Origin: Gemmatimonadota bacterium
GTDB lineage: Bacteria > Gemmatimonadota > Gemmatimonadetes > Gemmatimonadales > GWC2-71-9
Length of the DNA stretch: 64,000 bases
Reading direction: 5' to 3'
Assembly (NCBI GenBank): GCA_036679645.1
Contig: JAZDCY010000068.1
Coordinates: 1-64,000, forward strand
This document shows, piece by piece, positions 48,500 to 57,313 of this stretch. The notes under the pieces were generated by a model, which made no database searches, had not been told where the DNA came from, and was given only the letters and a program-made list of their open reading frames with translations. Position 1 is the first letter of the stretch. Every line of letters begins with the position of its first letter. The position numbers and the translations under genes were made by a program.

Positions 48500-48817
48500 A
48501 TGTCGATGTCCCAGGGCAACTCTGCCCATGCAATTGACGAGCGGCTGAAAGCCCTGGGCATCGAGTTGCCCTGTCCACCTTCGCCCGCGGGGAGCTACGA
48601 GTCGGTGGTGATTCGGAACGGGATGGGGTACGTGTCCGGACAGCTGCCAATTCGGAACGGGGTGCTGGCTTATGCGGGCCGCGTCGGCGACGAGCTGAGC
48701 GTCGAGGAGGCCATGCGGGCTGCTGAACTTGCCGGACTGAACGCGCTGGCGCAGATAGGACGCAGCACCGACGGATGGCAGTCGTTTGCCGGGCTCCTGA
48801 GAATGGAAGGCTACATC
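48500..48817 (+). pseudogene. RidA/YjgF-family protein, C-terminally truncated
   Basis: RLKALGIELP.P.SPAGSY, YVSGQLP, GRVG..LS.EEA..AA...LNALAQ. Homology ends at 'MEGYI', after which the frame runs antisense into the next gene. Confidence 0.7.
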
Positions 48818-48855
48818 TGGACGCTAAAGCACCCTAGCAGTGATCAAGCCTACCG

Positions 48856-49164
48856 TCAGTCTCCAAACACGGATTTCGCGGTCACAGTTACTAGCTTCGC
48901 TGCCTTGTCTCTAATCTCTGAGGCCTTCTTGAACTCCGGGTCGTTCTCAAATGCTTCTCTTGCATCTGCGTTCGCAAACCAGGTAACGACAATCTCATCG
49001 GGTTTGCCCATTCCTTCACCCTCGATTGCCTCTATCATCAGCCAACGCTCTATATGAACACCATGTCGAGCGAGGATGGGTTTGGCTTGCTCTTGGTATT
49101 CTGCGAACATGTCCGCATCACGGATCCACAGTAGCCGTACGACATACAGTCGGTCTTCAGACAT
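48856..49164 (-). CDS. DUF1330 (dimeric alpha-beta barrel) protein
   Basis: D...F.EY.....PIL.RHG; EG.....PD..VV..F.......F..DPE. Confidence 0.75.
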   Translation of the reverse strand: MSEDRLYVVRLLWIRDADMFAEYQEQAKPILARHGVHIERWLMIEAIEGEGMGKPDEIVVTWFANADAREAFENDPEFKKASEIRDKAAKLVTVTAKSVFGD

Positions 49165-49211
49165 CGGACTCTCCTTGCTACCACCAGTGGATTGGCAAGC
49201 ATTCGCCGCGG

Positions 49212-51524
49212 TCAGGCGCGAAAGGCAATTGGCGCGCCGAGGGACTCCTCCGGGACCGCGAAGGCATCCACCAACGGAATGGCATGCGTGCGGGTCTCAG
49301 CACAGATCTGGTTGACGAGGTCGCGTATTGCCTTCGCCTTGTTCGGTGCAAAGTAACCGCTCTCGAGAAACCACCCCCGATCCGCCTCCAGGCGCGATAG
49401 CGCGAACAGGTCGGACAGCGTCCGCAACACGCCAACCAGCATGCCGTCTTGGGTCTGGCGCACGCGCTCAACGAAGCGCTCCGCGATCACCCGTTCCACA
49501 CTGGCGCGGGCAAGGGTCACGAGATGGTCCTGACATTCGTTCAACGCCGCAAATGAATCCATCCCCTCGTCGATGCGCCGTTTCAGCCGTTGTGCCGCCG
49601 TGCTCATCAACCGCTCCTCGCGGTAGCGGAACGCCGCCAGCTGGAAGTCCGGATCGCGGAGATGGTCTTCGTCCGTCAACCGCGTAACAACGGGGTTGAG
49701 CTCGGTCACCGCCGTGGCGGCGCGCTGGCCGAGATAACGGACTACCGAATACAGCCGCATTTCGGCGAATTCCTGCTTGAATTCGGTGAGCAGACCCTTT
49801 GCGACGAGTTGCATGAGGACGGTGTTGTCGCCCTCGAACGTCGTGAACACATCGGTATCGGCTTTGAGCGCAGCGAAGCGGTTGACCGCGAGATACCCCG
49901 CGCCACCACACGCCTCACGACATTCCTGCAGCGTCGTGACCGTTTCCCACGTACTGAACGCCTTCATACCGGCCGCGCGCGTCTCGATCTCGCGTTGGTC
50001 GTCGTCGGTACGGTTCGCGTACCGGTCGGCGATGTCGTCGAGGGCGAAATGAACGGCGTATGCCGTGGCGAGACGTGGCATGAGACGCCGTTGATGAGTT
50101 CGGTAATCGAGCAGCACTTGCTCGACTTTGCCGGATGGACCGAACTGACGCCGCGCAGCCCCGTACCGAATGGCGATGGTGAGTCCTACTTTCGCGGCGC
50201 TGAGCGCGGCCCCCGCCACGCTGATGCGTCCACCGACCAACGTACCCAACATCGTGAAGAAACGCGGTGAGGCGCCTGCGATCGCACTTGTGTACTCACC
50301 GTCCGCCCCGACCTGCCCGAACCGGTCGAGCAGGTTCTCGCGCGGGATGCGCACGTCCTCGAACCAGATCCGTCCGTTGTCGACGCCGTTGAGGCCGAGT
50401 TTCTCGCCACAGTCCTCGATCCCGATACCATCGCAGACGGTTCCGTCATCGTCACGGATGGGGACGAGAAACGCGTGCACGCCGTAGTTCTCATCGCTGA
50501 TCACGAGCTGCGCGAACACGATGGCGAGCCGTCCGTGTTGCGCCGCGTTGCCGATATAGTCCTTGCGCGCCGATTGGTTCGGCGTGTTGATGACGAACTC
50601 GTCCGTCGCCCGATCGAACTGTGCTGTTGTTTCGATGTCGCGCACGTTTGAGCCGTGCCCGGTCTCGGTCATGGCGAAGCAGCCCGGCAGGTCGAGCGTG
50701 CCGGCATCCCGCAGATACCGGTCGTGATGCCGCCGCGTTCCGAGCTGGTGCAGTCCTCCGCCGAAGAGTCCAAACTGCACGCCGTACTTCACCACCAGAG
50801 AGAGGTCGAAGTATGCGAGGGTCTCGAACGTAGCCATGAACCCCCGGAGGTCGTTGCGACCACCGTACTCCTTCGGGTAGGAGAGAGAGCCCAGCCCACG
50901 CACGGCCACGAAGCGGGCCCACGACAACACTCGCTCGCGATATGTGGGGGTCTCGAGTCCGTACGTGTGCCGAAACGTCGGCTCCCGCAGAAGTCGCCGC
51001 ACCTCTCCCCGGGCTTCCGCCTGCTTGCCGTCGAGCACTCGCGTCATGGCCGCCACGTCGAACCGGGGCGCTGCCTCTTCTAGCGGCGGCTCCGGTGCTG
51101 CCGCCGCTACCAGCTCCTGTACCGCCTCGGGGCCGATCACGCCCAGGGAGTCCTCGATCTCCGCGAGTGCCTGCGCGGCCTCCGCGCTTGGCTCTCCTGC
51201 GTCCGCTCTCGCCAGCTCCGCGCCGAGCTGGGCCAGCGAACGTGCCCCGGCAGCGGGCAACCCGGCTCCAAATCGCCGGATCACACTGCGGATAGCGCAC
51301 AGCTGCTGCGCGGTCGGTCGTGCCGCCGGATCGAGCAGCGCACAGAGCGTGTCGCGCGAGCGGTCGTCTAGCCACGACTGTTGACGCACCTTCTGTGAGA
51401 TGGTCTCGAGTTCCCGGTCGCTGAGCACGCCGTCAGCCCACGCGACGTAGAGCATCGGTAGCAGCCGCACGGCTGCCGGATCCAACCGCTCAACGTCAGA
51501 GATGGAGACACCGGCGCTAGGCAT
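49212..51524 (-). CDS. Acyl-CoA oxidase/dehydrogenase with an N-terminal TerB-like helical domain
   Basis: GCFAMTETGHGSNV, K.GLNGVDNG, CREACGGAGY, TFEGDNTVL; N-terminal LYVAWADGVLSDRE. Confidence 0.9.
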   Translation of the reverse strand: MPSAGVSISDVERLDPAAVRLLPMLYVAWADGVLSDRELETISQKVRQQSWLDDRSRDTLCALLDPAARPTAQQLCAIRSVIRRFGAGLPAAGARSLAQLGAELARADAGEPSAEAAQALAEIEDSLGVIGPEAVQELVAAAAPEPPLEEAAPRFDVAAMTRVLDGKQAEARGEVRRLLREPTFRHTYGLETPTYRERVLSWARFVAVRGLGSLSYPKEYGGRNDLRGFMATFETLAYFDLSLVVKYGVQFGLFGGGLHQLGTRRHHDRYLRDAGTLDLPGCFAMTETGHGSNVRDIETTAQFDRATDEFVINTPNQSARKDYIGNAAQHGRLAIVFAQLVISDENYGVHAFLVPIRDDDGTVCDGIGIEDCGEKLGLNGVDNGRIWFEDVRIPRENLLDRFGQVGADGEYTSAIAGASPRFFTMLGTLVGGRISVAGAALSAAKVGLTIAIRYGAARRQFGPSGKVEQVLLDYRTHQRRLMPRLATAYAVHFALDDIADRYANRTDDDQREIETRAAGMKAFSTWETVTTLQECREACGGAGYLAVNRFAALKADTDVFTTFEGDNTVLMQLVAKGLLTEFKQEFAEMRLYSVVRYLGQRAATAVTELNPVVTRLTDEDHLRDPDFQLAAFRYREERLMSTAAQRLKRRIDEGMDSFAALNECQDHLVTLARASVERVIAERFVERVRQTQDGMLVGVLRTLSDLFALSRLEADRGWFLESGYFAPNKAKAIRDLVNQICAETRTHAIPLVDAFAVPEESLGAPIAFRA

Positions 51525-51530
51525 CGATCT

Positions 51531-51977
51531 TCACGAGCGGGAGGTCATGGGCTCGAACGTGACGGCATCGACCATATGCACGCCGTTGGCAAGCGTCTTG
51601 TGAACCGGACACCGCTGCGCTACCTGGGTCAGCCGGGCGCGTTGAGGCTCATCGAACGATCCACGGATCGTCACGTGTGACTGGATACGATCGATCCAAC
51701 CATCGGCGCGCTCGTCGCAGCCAACGCAGTCGTCAGCATGCACCCGGTCGAACTCCAGTCTCACGCCCACCTCGGCAAGGGCGATTCCCTTGTGGTCTGC
51801 ATAGAGTCTGAGGGTGATGGCGATACAGGCCGCGAGGCCCCCGAGCAAGATCTCGTACGGCGTCGGCCCTACATCGGTCCCGCCCGCGGCGAGAGGCTCG
51901 TCGCCACGCCATGAGAACGTACGAGCCTGAATGTCTACCGCTGTGCCTTCGCGAAGTACTGCTGACACGAACGCCAT
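51531..51977 (-). CDS. OsmC family protein
   Basis: DEP..AGG.D.GPTPYE.LL..LAAC; RCPVHKTL; GGAGG SD. Confidence 0.92.
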   Translation of the reverse strand: MAFVSAVLREGTAVDIQARTFSWRGDEPLAAGGTDVGPTPYEILLGGLAACIAITLRLYADHKGIALAEVGVRLEFDRVHADDCVGCDERADGWIDRIQSHVTIRGSFDEPQRARLTQVAQRCPVHKTLANGVHMVDAVTFEPMTSRS

Positions 51978-52059
51978 CTCGCCTCCGATGTAATGTCTAG
52001 CCCCACGGTGCTGTGCCGCCGATCTCCACGCCACCGATGCGCTCTAGCCGCCCAGCGCA

Positions 52060-52215
52060 TCAGACGTTCCGCTCGAGGATCATAGCCGAGGCCTGGGCGC
52101 CCGAGTGAACACTGAGTTGAAGCGGTGAGTGCTTCCGGAACGTGGTGCCCGCCTTGGCAAACGGCGTTCGCGCGCCGCCAACCACTGCGACTCTCGTAGA
52201 TGTGCCTGGCGTCAT
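52060..52215 (-). pseudogene. Thiolase (FadI-like) reduced to 51 codons by an in-frame internal deletion
   Basis: MTPGTSTRVAVVGGARTPFAKAGTTF... is joined to the thiolase C-terminal GAQASAMILERNV*. Not in the ORF track. Confidence 0.75.
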
Positions 52216-52249
52216 GACGACTCGCTCCTTGGAAACGCGCGTGTCTGGG

Positions 52250-53992
52250 TCATATCGCGATCACCACGGCGCTCGTTGGCTTAGTGCAGCAGATCAACAC
52301 CGAGCCCTCATCGGGTGGGTCGAGTGGCTCGAGCACGTACTCGACCTCACCCTTTTCGATCTCACAGATACACGTTTGGCAGATCCCCGACCGACAACTG
52401 TAATCGGGACTCAGGCCAACCGCCTCGGCCAGATCCAGGATACTGTCGAGAGAAGGATTCCAGTGAGCACGTACCCCAGATTTCGAAAACGTCACCTCGA
52501 CCTCGTTGCAGCACTCCCCGGCCTCTGCCACCCGCTTCGGCGTAGCAACTAGTGCCCGCTCCTTCAACGCCGACGCCGGGCCGAAGAACTCGTAGTGAAT
52601 GCGGTGTTCGGCGATGCCCCACGCCAGCAATCCCGTGAACAACGACTGCAGGAAGTCGGTCGGGCCGCAGAGATAGAAATCACAGTCTGGGCTCGGGAGA
52701 AGGCGCTGCAACAGCTCCACATCTACACGTCCCTCGTCATCGAAGTCACGGCCGAGAACATCTTCCGTGCCCGGCCGACTGTATCGGATGTGTGCATGCA
52801 CGTTGTCGTGCTCTGCGGCGATCTGCCGGACCAACGCACCCATCGCATGCGCCTGCCCGTCTCGTGCGCCATGGACAAACCACGTCGGTCGGTTCGCACT
52901 CACCGAGGCGATGGCCTCGAGCATGCTCACCAACGGTGTTAAGCCTACGCCTGCACTGACAAGCACGATGGGCCTAGTACCAATCGGATCGAGATAGAAC
53001 TTCCCACGCGGCGCCTTCGCGAGCAGCTTGGATCCCACGTCGACGTGATCGTGGAAGTAGTTGGAGGCTACTCCAGGGTATGCGTCGGGCTGGCCGGCCG
53101 GCGCCGTCTCCCGCTTGATGGTGAGGCGATAGTGGTCCATGTCCGGGCGATTGGACAGAGAGTAGGTTCGGACAACGGGCGTGTACTGGCCGGGGATGTG
53201 CAGTTGCAGCGGCAGGAATTGACCTGGCAAGAAACGATCGAGGGGTTCGCCATCTTCCGCCCTCAGGTAGAATGACGTGATCGCCTCGCTCTCGGAAACC
53301 TTGCGAGTGACCACCAACGTCCGGTATTGCTCCTTCGCCTTCGTCGCGAGTTGCGCTTTGGCCAAGCGTTTCTCGAACGACTGCCTCCATCCCGGTGACA
53401 TTGCCTCGATACCCAACGCGGTTCGCGCACCGTCGAGATCGTCCTTCTCAAAATAGAGCAGGCTGCTCATTCGACGGACCGTCATGCCAACCGGATCCAG
53501 GCTGACTCGCTCGATCTCATCGCCGCCGCCGACTTCGCCCTCCTCCAGCACGCGAAAATAGAATCCAGGTCGACCACTTTCGAGGATCTGTGCGTAGAAT
53601 CCCTCAACACCCACCTTGATCGCGAGCTTGTAGCACGGGACGCGCGGCTGGGTAACCTGAAATAGTGCCGTGCCAATGCGGAAGACATCTCCCACATTGA
53701 TCTCGTCCTCCAGCATCCCTGCGACGGTGAAATTCTCGCCGAAATGTCCGTATTGGAGTCCCGTTTGGCCCAGCTCACGTTCCCAAAAACGGTAGTTCTC
53801 GACCGTGTAAACCAACACGGCTCTGAACGGGCCGCCGTGACCGACCAGATCCGCCTGCCCATCACCTTTAATATTGAGGGTACCAACGCCCACGCGCCCG
53901 TCGACAGGTTCCTTGAATATCCCGGTTCTGACGGTGCGTCCCTTTACGTCGATCTCCTTCGGGAGTGAAACATTCACTGACAGAAGCTTCAT
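52250..53992 (-). CDS. MOSC (YiiM-type) / FAD-NAD ferredoxin reductase / 2Fe-2S fusion
   Basis: TGIFK.PV, HGG..RAV, FGENF, QPRVPCYK; RTYSLS, AGVGLTP, YLCGP; CRSGICQTC...ICC. Confidence 0.93.
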   Translation of the reverse strand: MKLLSVNVSLPKEIDVKGRTVRTGIFKEPVDGRVGVGTLNIKGDGQADLVGHGGPFRAVLVYTVENYRFWERELGQTGLQYGHFGENFTVAGMLEDEINVGDVFRIGTALFQVTQPRVPCYKLAIKVGVEGFYAQILESGRPGFYFRVLEEGEVGGGDEIERVSLDPVGMTVRRMSSLLYFEKDDLDGARTALGIEAMSPGWRQSFEKRLAKAQLATKAKEQYRTLVVTRKVSESEAITSFYLRAEDGEPLDRFLPGQFLPLQLHIPGQYTPVVRTYSLSNRPDMDHYRLTIKRETAPAGQPDAYPGVASNYFHDHVDVGSKLLAKAPRGKFYLDPIGTRPIVLVSAGVGLTPLVSMLEAIASVSANRPTWFVHGARDGQAHAMGALVRQIAAEHDNVHAHIRYSRPGTEDVLGRDFDDEGRVDVELLQRLLPSPDCDFYLCGPTDFLQSLFTGLLAWGIAEHRIHYEFFGPASALKERALVATPKRVAEAGECCNEVEVTFSKSGVRAHWNPSLDSILDLAEAVGLSPDYSCRSGICQTCICEIEKGEVEYVLEPLDPPDEGSVLICCTKPTSAVVIAI

Positions 53993-54029
53993 CGCTGTAC
54001 CCCTGACGTTGAACGCTGCCGGCACGACA

Positions 54030-54615
54030 CTCGTCGTGTACGTGGACGAAACCGGGCATCCCGCCGCGGTGCGAACAATCCGTTCCCCGTTCGGCGTGAG
54101 TCGTTGCGACAAAGAACGTATCGGCGGACTCAACCCAACCGCGCTCGCAATCGTCTAGCTGCTTCCTACGCACAATCTCGCCACGGTCACCACGTTTCTT
54201 CTGGGCGAACGTCCGTGCCTGAATGTATTTGGGGCAGTTGGCATAGACCTCCGCAGTCGAAACACTGAGCACGTCGGCGGCGACGCTTTCAATTCGCCCG
54301 TTCAGACGAAGTCGGCGGCGCGAGCCGGGCTCGATGCCGATCATGCTGACGGGCCATCCCACCTTGCGAAGGGTGTCTGCGAGTGGATCACCCGCCAGGA
54401 TGCCGCCAGCAATGACGACCGTCTGGTCACCATTAGACCGCACGAAGCCGGGCTCACCAACGAGATGGGTAGCCCACATCTCACCACGTTTCATCCGCGG
54501 CACCCAGTACGACGAACGGAAGCTGCTGGAGAAACTCCTGTGCCGTTCGCCTTCCACCTGACCGTTCCTGAAGCGCTATCTCACCTTGATGGTACGGCCG
54601 GTCGCCCTGGTTCAC
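54030..54615 (-). pseudogene. Pyridoxamine 5'-phosphate oxidase-like FMN-binding protein, frameshifted and truncated
   Basis: YHQGEIALQER, +1 frameshift at GATGAAACGT (~54490), RRRLRLNG, NCPKYIQ, ADTFFVAT, SHRGG.PGFV, then an abrupt end. Confidence 0.8.
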
Positions 54616-54640
54616 ATGGCCACCCACCCCTTCCTTCAAC

Positions 54641-55297
54641 TCATCCTGCTCCACCCAGGACCTCCACCGCCTCCTCGGTGGTGAGCACGTCGTTGGCAAT
54701 GAAAGCGTAGTTGGTCAGCGCGGCAGCGTAACCGTCGCCGAGTTCCGGCGTGATGGCTGCGGCGGTCGCGTCTTTCACGACCGCTACCTCGAAGCCCTGC
54801 TCCATGAGCTCCCGCATGTGGCTCTCGGTACAGAGGTTGGCCGACATGCCGCAGAGGACCGCCTTGTCGACCCCGCGCTTGCGCAGCTGCAGCACCAGGT
54901 CGTTGGTCTCCGGACCGTACACCTTGTGCGGGCTCGTGACGATGGTCTTGCCGTCGTTGATGTAGGGCTTGTAGCGCTCCAGCCAGTCGGCGCCGGAACC
55001 TTCGAAACCATCCAGGTCTAGCGGGCCCGGACGGTCGAACATGCCCATTTGGTGCATCGCCTTCTCGAGCGTGCCCGCGAACTTCCAACCGTGATCCGTC
55101 GGGTAGTAGTAGTGGGGCGAGATGAAGACAGGGATGTCGTTGGCCTTGGCCGCCTTGAAGAGGGATTCGATGTTCTCGACCGTGTTGTTCTCGGTGACAT
55201 TCTGGCCGACCATACCCCAGGTGGCGCCGTCAGGGCTCAGGAAGTCATTCTGGGGATCGGTCACCACCAGGGCTGTCGGGGTCGCGGAATCGCTCAC
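54641..55297 (-). CDS. Isochorismatase-family cysteine hydrolase
   Basis: ALVVTDPQNDF, SPHKVYGP, ANLCTESH, DATAA; GGAGGAG SD before the GTG. Confidence 0.9.
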   Translation of the reverse strand: MSDSATPTALVVTDPQNDFLSPDGATWGMVGQNVTENNTVENIESLFKAAKANDIPVFISPHYYYPTDHGWKFAGTLEKAMHQMGMFDRPGPLDLDGFEGSGADWLERYKPYINDGKTIVTSPHKVYGPETNDLVLQLRKRGVDKAVLCGMSANLCTESHMRELMEQGFEVAVVKDATAAAITPELGDGYAAALTNYAFIANDVLTTEEAVEVLGGAG

Positions 55298-55432
55298 GCT
55301 CTCCTCCGCTTCTCGAGTCGGGTCGGTTCCGGTGTCCGTCCCACTGGGAGGGTGAGGCGGAGCACGTACTTGGAAATCCGACTTAGCCGCTCGTATATCT
55401 GCTGTCAAGTACCAGGTGGCAGTACACTTGTG

Positions 55433-56401
55433 TCATGTTAACACCACCAACTTGCCCATAGCCTGGTTGCTCTCCATGTACTCGTGGGCTTGCACAATTT
55501 CCTCTAGTTTGAACGTCCGATCTATCCGTAGCGCTAGTTCTCCGTTCTCAACAGCGTTGATAAAGTCCTGTAGCGCTTCTCTGGTGAGGTTCTCCGATTC
55601 ACCCATGTAAACGGTTAGTCTCCCAAGTGAAGGTATATCGCCCATGGGAGTGAATTCTCTCATCGTCCACTCACCTCCCAGAATACCCGTGACACACACC
55701 ATTCCCCTTGGCTTGATACACTCGAGGGAATCTTTGAGAGTTCTAGTACCAATCAGTTCCAAAACCTTGTCAACTCCTTGCGGATAGATGGCCCTCACTT
55801 GATCTCGCACACTTCCGCTGTCAACGACGACATGCGCAGCCCCATTCTGCTTCAAGAAAGATTCCTTGGCTGGATTGCGCGTCGTAGACACTACGGTGAG
55901 TCCAAGATGTTTGGCGAGCTGGCAGGAAGTAATACCGATGGATGAAGTCCCTCCCCTAATCAGCAATGTCTCTCCTTCTTGGACTTCTAATGCTTGATGC
56001 AAGGAGCCGGACACGGTCTGACACATTTCAGGAATTGCGCCGAGTATCTTCCAGTCCAACGTGCTTTCAAACGGAAAGACTATCTGATTCGGCACCAAAC
56101 TGTATTCGGCATACCCACCATCGAAATCTCTTCCCATTCCACCCATCAAGGCAGCCACCTTTCGTCCCTTCGATAACTTGCGAGAGGGATCGTTCTCAAC
56201 CTCACCGATACATTCGATGCCTTGTATCCTCGGGAATCGCACTCCGGGGGAATCACCCTGACGAGTGAACAACTCTGACCGGTTGAGGCCAAACGCCCTG
56301 ACCCTGATCAAGATCCAACCATCCTTGACCTCGGGGACGGGAACATCTTTGACTCTTATGACCGAAGCAGGTCCCGCCTTCTCGGTGACCGCTGCTTTCA
56401 T
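55433..56401 (-). CDS. Zinc-binding alcohol dehydrogenase-family (quinone oxidoreductase-like) protein
   Basis: FGLNRSE, GIECIG, DGGYAEY, RGGTSSIG, AHEYME.N.A.GK; visibly more AT-rich codons than its neighbours. Confidence 0.9.
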   Translation of the reverse strand: MKAAVTEKAGPASVIRVKDVPVPEVKDGWILIRVRAFGLNRSELFTRQGDSPGVRFPRIQGIECIGEVENDPSRKLSKGRKVAALMGGMGRDFDGGYAEYSLVPNQIVFPFESTLDWKILGAIPEMCQTVSGSLHQALEVQEGETLLIRGGTSSIGITSCQLAKHLGLTVVSTTRNPAKESFLKQNGAAHVVVDSGSVRDQVRAIYPQGVDKVLELIGTRTLKDSLECIKPRGMVCVTGILGGEWTMREFTPMGDIPSLGRLTVYMGESENLTREALQDFINAVENGELALRIDRTFKLEEIVQAHEYMESNQAMGKLVVLT

Positions 56402-56444
56402 AGGCGTCCTCCCTGGGGTTGTGCAACAGCTGCTGTAGGCGGAC

Positions 56445-56969
56445 TTAGGCAGGCGTCTGCTTTTCCGAATACACCCAATCGGGACGGCGGGACATGAGGA
56501 CCCGCAGATCCATGCGGATCTCCTCGGCCGTGGGACGGCCGACGAACCACCAGCCGTTGTAGACCTTATAGATCGTTCGATCCCGATCCAGCATGAACGT
56601 GTAGGGGATGTACACCTCCCCGTGCGCCTTATCAGTCGTGTCCGTCATCTGCAGCTCGTGGAGCAGGCGGCGGTCGGGATCCATGAGGAACGGCCAGTCA
56701 GCGGCGAGGGCGGTGCACGTCTCTGTGGTGTTCATACGGTCATCGACCGAGACTGTGATCATCTTGCAGTAGTTGACCCTGAACTCGGGCTGAAGTTGCT
56801 GCACATAGATCGTCAACTGACGACGATCTTTTGGTCAGTAGTATCCGCGGCTGAAGATCAGGACGGTGGGGAATCCCCGTATCAGCTTGGACAGCTGCTG
56901 CATATCGCCGTCCTGATCGGGCAGCTCGAAGTCGGGAAACTGGTTGCCGACCTCGAGATCGGGATGCAT
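56445..56969 (-). CDS. Redoxin (AhpC/TSA-like) with an in-frame UGA at codon 45: probable selenoprotein
   Basis: MHPDLEVGNQFPDFELPDQDG...LIFSRGYY-UGA-PKDRRQL...YKVYNGWWFVGRPT. Cys-containing relatives read RG..CPKD. A hairpin follows the UGA. Confidence 0.8.
56807..56837 (-). promoter_or_regulatory. UGA codon and candidate bacterial SECIS element
   Basis: UGA CCAAA AGAUCGUC-GUCAGUU-GACGAUCU: an 8-bp perfect stem whose loop starts with GU, 13 nt after the UGA. Confidence 0.55.
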
Positions 56970-57092
56970 GGGGTAGTCCACGGGCGTCTCCCTGAGAGAG
57001 CAATCCTTCGCCGGAGTCAGTCGGCGATCCGTTCACGTCGCCGTCATGATTGCGAAGCTATATCAGCGTCGGGAGGGGGGCCAGCGGGACGA

Positions 57093-57208
57093 GTGAGCCG
57101 CTGGCGTCGCGCGGCGCTAGATTCTCTCGTGCCCCAAAAGATCTGTCCCCGTACTTGCCAAGCAGTGGCTTCGATGGAGATTTCGTAACGGTACATCTTG
57201 ACTCTAGC
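57093..57208 (+). repeat. ~115-bp direct repeat, copy 1 (paired with 59600-59713)
   Basis: GTGAGCCGCTGGCGTCGC...ACTTGCCAAGCAGTGGCTT.GATGGAGATTTCGTAACGG.ACATCTTGACTCTAGC is present in both copies. Confidence 0.9.
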
Positions 57209-57313
57209 GAGGCCTCGAGGCTCTGAGCACGTTCGCGCGACACCCGGTTGACCGGTGACCCGGTCCAATGCAGGATTGCCGGTGTACAATGAGCCTATGC
57301 ACCGGAAGGACCG

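Noticed and set aside
54480..54500. Programmed frameshift in the PNPOx-like gene
   Set aside because: The gene also appears internally deleted and C-terminally truncated, so decay is the simpler explanation.
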